From: Candidatus Cloacimonadales bacterium | GTDB taxonomy: Bacteria; Cloacimonadota; Cloacimonadia; Cloacimonadales; JAFGVF01 | Length of the DNA stretch: 64,000 nt | NCBI GenBank assembly: GCA_963677495.2 | Contig: CAXXOU010000004.1 | Coordinates: forward strand, 1,312,001-1,376,000 | Direction: 5' to 3' | Part shown: one piece after another, positions 59,361 through 64,000 of the stretch | How the letters are laid out: each line of letters opens with the position of its first letter | Position numbering within the stretch: the first letter of the stretch is position 1 | The notes under the pieces: generated by a model | Databases searched by the model: none | The model's input: only the letters and a program-made list of their open reading frames with translations | What the model was told of the DNA's origin: nothing | Program-made: the position numbers and the translations under genes

Positions 59361-59874
59361 TTGTGGATTCCTAATAATTATTTGTTTTTTGCCGTAACTA
59401 AGGGATATGTGCACACTTTTTGATATTGTCTATTCTGGCAATCTTTTTCTTAATCTTTGTTGTGTGACAACTTATATAGCTAATTTACTGTTTTATAGTT
59501 AACTATATAATTGACTTTAGATTGCATCTCCCCCTATTCTATTCTCAATAAAAGTATTTATTGGTATAACCGATTAGGCATAAACTGAAAACACAAAGCA
59601 GAATATTACTTAACCTCAAGATAGAATTTGTACTTGAGAGAATTCTTATCAATCTAGTGATATTTTTCTTAGCAAAACCAGTTTCTACTCCAAACTAAGG
59701 AAGATTTTTGTGTAAAATAGAGACTATCTAAATATCATAATCATACGATACATCATCCCTATATAGAGAAGATAAGGCATAATCAGTTTAGTATGTTTTT
59801 TTGTTAGTTTAGATTATTAACTTTCTAATTCTACTTATCAATCACAGCTTAGAAGAAATATGCACCAAAGAACA

Positions 59875-59913
59875 CTAGCAATCCCATTCATCATCTGCTA
59901 ATTTCTATTGACA
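59875..59913 (+). promoter_or_regulatory. Degenerate CIRCE-like inverted repeat beside a TTGACA -35 box upstream of htpG
   Basis: CTAGCAATC-N9-ATCTGCTAA versus consensus TTAGCACTC-N9-GAGTGCTAA (13/18 match); TTGACA at 59908. Confidence 0.45.
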
Positions 59914-59969
59914 AGAAATTCTACTGCAAATAAATAGTATCTGAAATCAATATTAAAAGGAGTTTGAAG

Positions 59970-61973
59970 ATGGCTGATAAGTTAGAAAAGGGTCAACTAT
60001 CGATCCATACTGAGAATATCTTTCCGATAATAAAAAAGTGGCTCTATTCTGAGCATGACATTTTCCTTAGAGAGCTTGTATCTAATTCTGTAGATGCGAT
60101 GAATAAGCGTAAACTCGAAGATGAGTCTGTAGAAGAAAACGATGATTATAAGTTAGAAGTAGTACTTGATAAAAAGAACCAAACCATACAAGTAATAGAT
60201 AAAGGTATTGGTATGACAGCCGAGGAGATTGAGAAGTATATCAATCAAATCGCTTTCTCCGGTGCTGAAGACTTTATCGAGAAATATAAGGATAAACAAA
60301 GCAATATTATTGGCCACTTTGGGCTTGGTTTTTATTCTTCGTTCATGGTCGCAGATAAAGTGACAATCGATTCACTTTCATGGCAGAAGGATGCAAAGCC
60401 TGCTTATTGGGAATGTGATGGATCCACTGATTACTCAATTGGTGATGGAACTCGTACAGAGGTTGGTACTACAATCACTATCCATGTAAATAAAGACAAC
60501 AAGCATTACCTCGAAGAAGCAAAGATTACTGAAATCCTTAAGAAGTATTGTAACTTCATGCCTTTCCCAATTCAGTTTGGTGAAGAGATTGTGAATCAGA
60601 AGGAAGCTATCTGGAATCGCAAGCCGAAAGATGTAACTGACGAGGAATATAAAGAGTTTTATAAGCAATTCTTTGGTGAGTGGACAGATCCTCTTTTTTG
60701 GATTCATCTCAATGTGGACTTCCCTCACAGAGTTAAAGGTATCCTTTACTTCCCACAAGTTAAGAACGAGTTTGATGTAAACAAAGGGCAGGTTAAATTA
60801 TTCTGTAACAATGTATTTGTTGCTGACAACTTAAAAGACTTGCTCCCTGAATTCTTGCTTCTTCTTAAGGGTGGAATTGATATTCCTGATATTCCTCTTA
60901 ATGTTTCTAGAAGCTTCTTGCAGAATGACCAGATGGTTCAGAAGATATCACAGTATATCGTTAAAAAAGTTGGAGATCATTTCAAGAAGACTTTCACTAA
61001 AGACCGTGATAAATATGAAGGTTACTGGGATGATATTAGCAATTTTATTAAGTATGGTCTGCTAACAAATGATAAGTTCTATGATACGTTGAAAGATCAG
61101 ATTATATATCAAACACTTAATGATGACCATGTAACTATCGAAGAGTATCTAAACAGATATCGCTCCGAAGAGAAACCTCATAAAATTTACTACACAAACA
61201 GTAAGGACACACAGGTTACTTATCAGAAGCTACTTAAAGAGCAAGGAATCGAAGTCATTATAGCTGATTCAGTGATTGATGGACATCTCTTCCAGCAGAT
61301 AGAGATGAAGAACACTGAAGTTAGATTTGTGCGTGTTGACTCAGAATTGAATGACACACTTGTTGATAATTCGACTGACGAAGAGAAAGATGCAAGTGGT
61401 CAGACATTTAGTAGTAAAGTTAAAGAGATTTTCCTTAAAGCCCTTAATCCCAAAATCGAAGCAAGCTTTGGTAAAGAGCCATTTGAAGAGATGATTAAGA
61501 AGTTCCCTGACGCAACTGAGACTATTTCTAAATATTCACGTACTGAAGGTGAACAGACTCTTATCCGTCCTTTCGATATTCCTTTAAAAGCAAGAACCGA
61601 GATTGGTGATGCTGCTTTTGATGAGATTATGAGTCATGTCTATACTGATACTAAAGTAGAGGTTAAGAATCTTAAATCTGAGGATATTCCTGCGATGGTG
61701 ATGTTTGAAGAGTTCATGCGTCGTTTCCAGGAGATGAACTCTATGATGTCTCATGGAGACAATGATATGTTGAAAATGCATACTCTCGCTGTAAATAAGA
61801 ATAACCCGACTGTTAAAAAAGTTATTAAGTTCCACGATGAAGGTAAGTATGATGAAGCAAAACTGCTAGTGAACTTCGTACATGAGCTTGCACTTTTGGA
61901 GCAGAAACGTTTCTCAGGAGCTGAGCTTCAGAGTTTTGTTAACAAAGCAAACGACATTCTAAAGCTGCTCTAA
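59970..61973 (+). CDS. htpG: Molecular chaperone HtpG (Hsp90)
   Basis: KKWLYS, FLRELVSN, GIGMT, IGHFGLGFYS, PLNVSRS motifs; ATG 59970 with AAAGGAG. Confidence 0.96.
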   Translation: MADKLEKGQLSIHTENIFPIIKKWLYSEHDIFLRELVSNSVDAMNKRKLEDESVEENDDYKLEVVLDKKNQTIQVIDKGIGMTAEEIEKYINQIAFSGAEDFIEKYKDKQSNIIGHFGLGFYSSFMVADKVTIDSLSWQKDAKPAYWECDGSTDYSIGDGTRTEVGTTITIHVNKDNKHYLEEAKITEILKKYCNFMPFPIQFGEEIVNQKEAIWNRKPKDVTDEEYKEFYKQFFGEWTDPLFWIHLNVDFPHRVKGILYFPQVKNEFDVNKGQVKLFCNNVFVADNLKDLLPEFLLLLKGGIDIPDIPLNVSRSFLQNDQMVQKISQYIVKKVGDHFKKTFTKDRDKYEGYWDDISNFIKYGLLTNDKFYDTLKDQIIYQTLNDDHVTIEEYLNRYRSEEKPHKIYYTNSKDTQVTYQKLLKEQGIEVIIADSVIDGHLFQQIEMKNTEVRFVRVDSELNDTLVDNSTDEEKDASGQTFSSKVKEIFLKALNPKIEASFGKEPFEEMIKKFPDATETISKYSRTEGEQTLIRPFDIPLKARTEIGDAAFDEIMSHVYTDTKVEVKNLKSEDIPAMVMFEEFMRRFQEMNSMMSHGDNDMLKMHTLAVNKNNPTVKKVIKFHDEGKYDEAKLLVNFVHELALLEQKRFSGAELQSFVNKANDILKLL

Positions 61974-61992
61974 GAAGCAGAGACTATAGATA

Positions 61993-62026
61993 AAGCCAAG
62001 AGTAATATGCTCTTGGCTTATTTTTT
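61993..62026 (+). terminator. Rho-independent terminator after htpG
   Basis: AAGCCAAGAG...CTCTTGGCTT stem plus T-tract. Confidence 0.8.
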
Positions 62027-62252
62027 AACGGACTACCGGGGATTTACACGTAATTAAACACAGGCTATTGAGAAGACTTGCTGATGGTTAAAAAATGGAG
62101 TTTCAGAGAGAGTGTAAAAGAAGCGGTCAAAGGTAAAATATTGACGTTATATATTGTTACATGAAGTAAAAAGTTCTTGCCTGTTAAATAAATCATTCAA
62201 AGTATTGTTTTAATAGACTTAATGCTATTTTACTGCCCTGCAAGAGGTTTCT

Positions 62253-62711
62253 ATGAAAAATGATGTAACTGATTATTTTGTTAAAGATGAAGAAGTTTTT
62301 GAGTTATCTAATTTAATTCAGGAACTTACACAAATTTTCTGTGCGTATTTTACTGAAGAGGGTGATGAAACACGTTCGAAACTTACAGAAAATGAAAATG
62401 ATCATTCCATGCTTAAAAGAAAGTTTATCGAATATCTTGAGATTAATAACTTCCCTGTATATGACTATCAGCACCCGATCATGCAACGTTGCCGAGAAAG
62501 TAATATTCAATCATTTGAAGAGATGAAGCACTGGGTTGACTCAGAGCGTAAGAAACTCAAAGACCATATAATTAAAGACGGTGAATGCAATTTAAGTGAA
62601 TGTAGGATTACACCTGTGTCTGTCTATGCTGCAAACGGGATGATTTCACTCATAGACCAGCATCTTGATACAGTATCTGCAATAAGAATCCCAAAAGTAA
62701 GCAAGAAGTAA
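62253..62711 (+). CDS. Hypothetical alpha-helical protein
   Basis: 152-aa ORF with GAGG SD; no recognised motif. Confidence 0.65.
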   Translation: MKNDVTDYFVKDEEVFELSNLIQELTQIFCAYFTEEGDETRSKLTENENDHSMLKRKFIEYLEINNFPVYDYQHPIMQRCRESNIQSFEEMKHWVDSERKKLKDHIIKDGECNLSECRITPVSVYAANGMISLIDQHLDTVSAIRIPKVSKK

Positions 62712-62882
62712 ACATTATGCTATATAATAACTTAACTCCACTCAATTAAACTCTCTCCACTTGAGCACCTAGCTGATTTAGCAATTTAATGCTACTCAAT
62801 GAGTTGCAAAAAGTTTTATAAAAAACTTGATTTATATGAGAATATGTATAAATTGTCTAAAAATATAGAGGCTCGGTACGCG

Positions 62883-64000
62883 ATGGATAGTTTCCCTAAT
62901 ATTAACATTCTCATCAAAACAGATGACAGTTTTACGAATAAAGCTGAGTATGTGCTACGTACGTTTTGTAGTATCCTTCGCTTAAACCCTAAGTTCTTCT
63001 ATGGTTCTACTTATGACCATGTGCATATCTACTATGGTAAGGAAACATCAAACTCTTACCCAATTAAGATTTACCATAACCCTGATGCACCTAAATTCTA
63101 TGAAGGTGATGAAGTGTATCAAGCGAATAAACTCCGTTACAACAAGTATAAAGGCAACTATATACCATTCCTCTTCTCACCTCAGGGGCAGATACATAAT
63201 ATCTCCAGAGCCCACGCTAAAGTAAATAAAGATATCATTGCCTCAGGCTTCTATTTCCTCTCCTGCTGGCATGAAAAAATACTCTGTAAGAAAGCTAAAG
63301 TTGAGAACAGGTTTGATTTCTACAGATCCCTGCAGTACCAGGGTGGATTTATTGAGCTACCGGTGTTTGACATATATGCAGATATATTAAGAAATATTCT
63401 TGAAGTTGTACTTCCTGAATTCACAAGAGAAAATGAATGGGGAAACAGGAAGCAGTTCTATGCTACACTTAGTCATGATATAGATTATTGGAACTATTGG
63501 ACTCAAGAGCATCATAACTTTACAATTAAATATAACAGTAAACGTCTTTTGAAAAGACCATTGAATGCATTATATAAGATCGTCGCTCATACATTCAGAC
63601 GTATATTATCGCATTCTTATCAGAGAATGAGAAAGATAGTAAGACATGAGGAATATACATCAATCAATGCAACTTACTTCCTCTTAGCAGGTGATTTAGA
63701 TGATGAGTTCAGATTGCCAAATAAGAAAATTGTGAAGTATGAGAACAATAGACATGCTTACCTGCAACACCCAAAATACAGAACTCAGATTGAGGGACTT
63801 CTTCATGATCATGATGTCCAACTTCATGGGACACCTAAAAGTTCTTTTGATGCTGATGTTCTAAATTATGAGTTAAACAACTTAAGTGAAGTAGCTGAGC
63901 AGACAATTGGGTATCGTTCACATACACTTTCATTTGATTACCACACATCATTTGATGTCTTGGAAAAATCGAATATTCTCTACGATTCAACAGTTGGATT
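62883..64000 (+). CDS. Partial polysaccharide deacetylase (CE4/NodB-like) family protein, runs off the window end; not in the ORF track
   Basis: ATG 62883, open to 64000: DIIASGFYFLSCWHE, LSHDID, ATYF, VQLHG, GYRSH, YDST motifs. Confidence 0.85.
   Translation, partial: MDSFPNINILIKTDDSFTNKAEYVLRTFCSILRLNPKFFYGSTYDHVHIYYGKETSNSYPIKIYHNPDAPKFYEGDEVYQANKLRYNKYKGNYIPFLFSPQGQIHNISRAHAKVNKDIIASGFYFLSCWHEKILCKKAKVENRFDFYRSLQYQGGFIELPVFDIYADILRNILEVVLPEFTRENEWGNRKQFYATLSHDIDYWNYWTQEHHNFTIKYNSKRLLKRPLNALYKIVAHTFRRILSHSYQRMRKIVRHEEYTSINATYFLLAGDLDDEFRLPNKKIVKYENNRHAYLQHPKYRTQIEGLLHDHDVQLHGTPKSSFDADVLNYELNNLSEVAEQTIGYRSHTLSFDYHTSFDVLEKSNILYDSTVG

Noticed and set aside
59420..59870. Long AT-rich spacer as a replication origin or hidden gene
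   Set aside because: I saw no DnaA-box cluster and no credible ORF; it is treated as a divergent promoter region.
825..62526. Many short antisense or overlapping ORFs in the track (e.g. 825-1112, 9479-9832, 40060-40533, 56288-56695)
   Set aside because: They overlap well-supported genes and lack SD sequences or protein motifs.
63001..63225. 74-aa ORF
   Set aside because: It lies out of frame inside the longer deacetylase-like CDS starting at 62883.

Overview
This is an AT-rich bacterial chromosomal window, standard genetic code, probably from an FCB-group anaerobe such as Candidatus Cloacimonadota. That placement is an inference from four large secreted proteins ending in an FlgD-Ig/T9SS-like 'PNP(F)' sorting domain, a gingipain-family C25 peptidase and Bacteroidota-like metabolic genes. 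Most genes are housekeeping: dnaX, tRNA-Pro(CGG), threonine dehydrogenase, nadE, NifU-like, surE, a DtxR-FeoA fusion, feoB, der, plsY, an S1 protein, ndk, rdgB, PMM/PGM, an ABC-F, a heterodimeric ABC exporter and htpG. One complete IS21 with an 8-bp target duplication is present. The best hidden feature is missed by the ORF track: a 621-codon secreted selenoprotein gene (47125-45260, minus strand). It has a signal peptide, a thioredoxin/Omp28-like W-U-G-Y-C (UxxC) site whose TGA is followed by an fdhF-like GCAGGUCUGC SECIS hairpin, Ig/FN3 domains and the C-terminal sorting domain. Other notable items are a SurE-cNMP-binding fusion in an operon with a serine-palmitoyltransferase-like enzyme, an ABC-F gene with no canonical start codon and a PASTA pseudokinase. 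There is also a 5x64-bp REP-like array and several families of ~125-140-bp intergenic elements built from 11-bp-phased inverted pentamer arrays. All calls come from reading the sequence by eye; no database searches were run.
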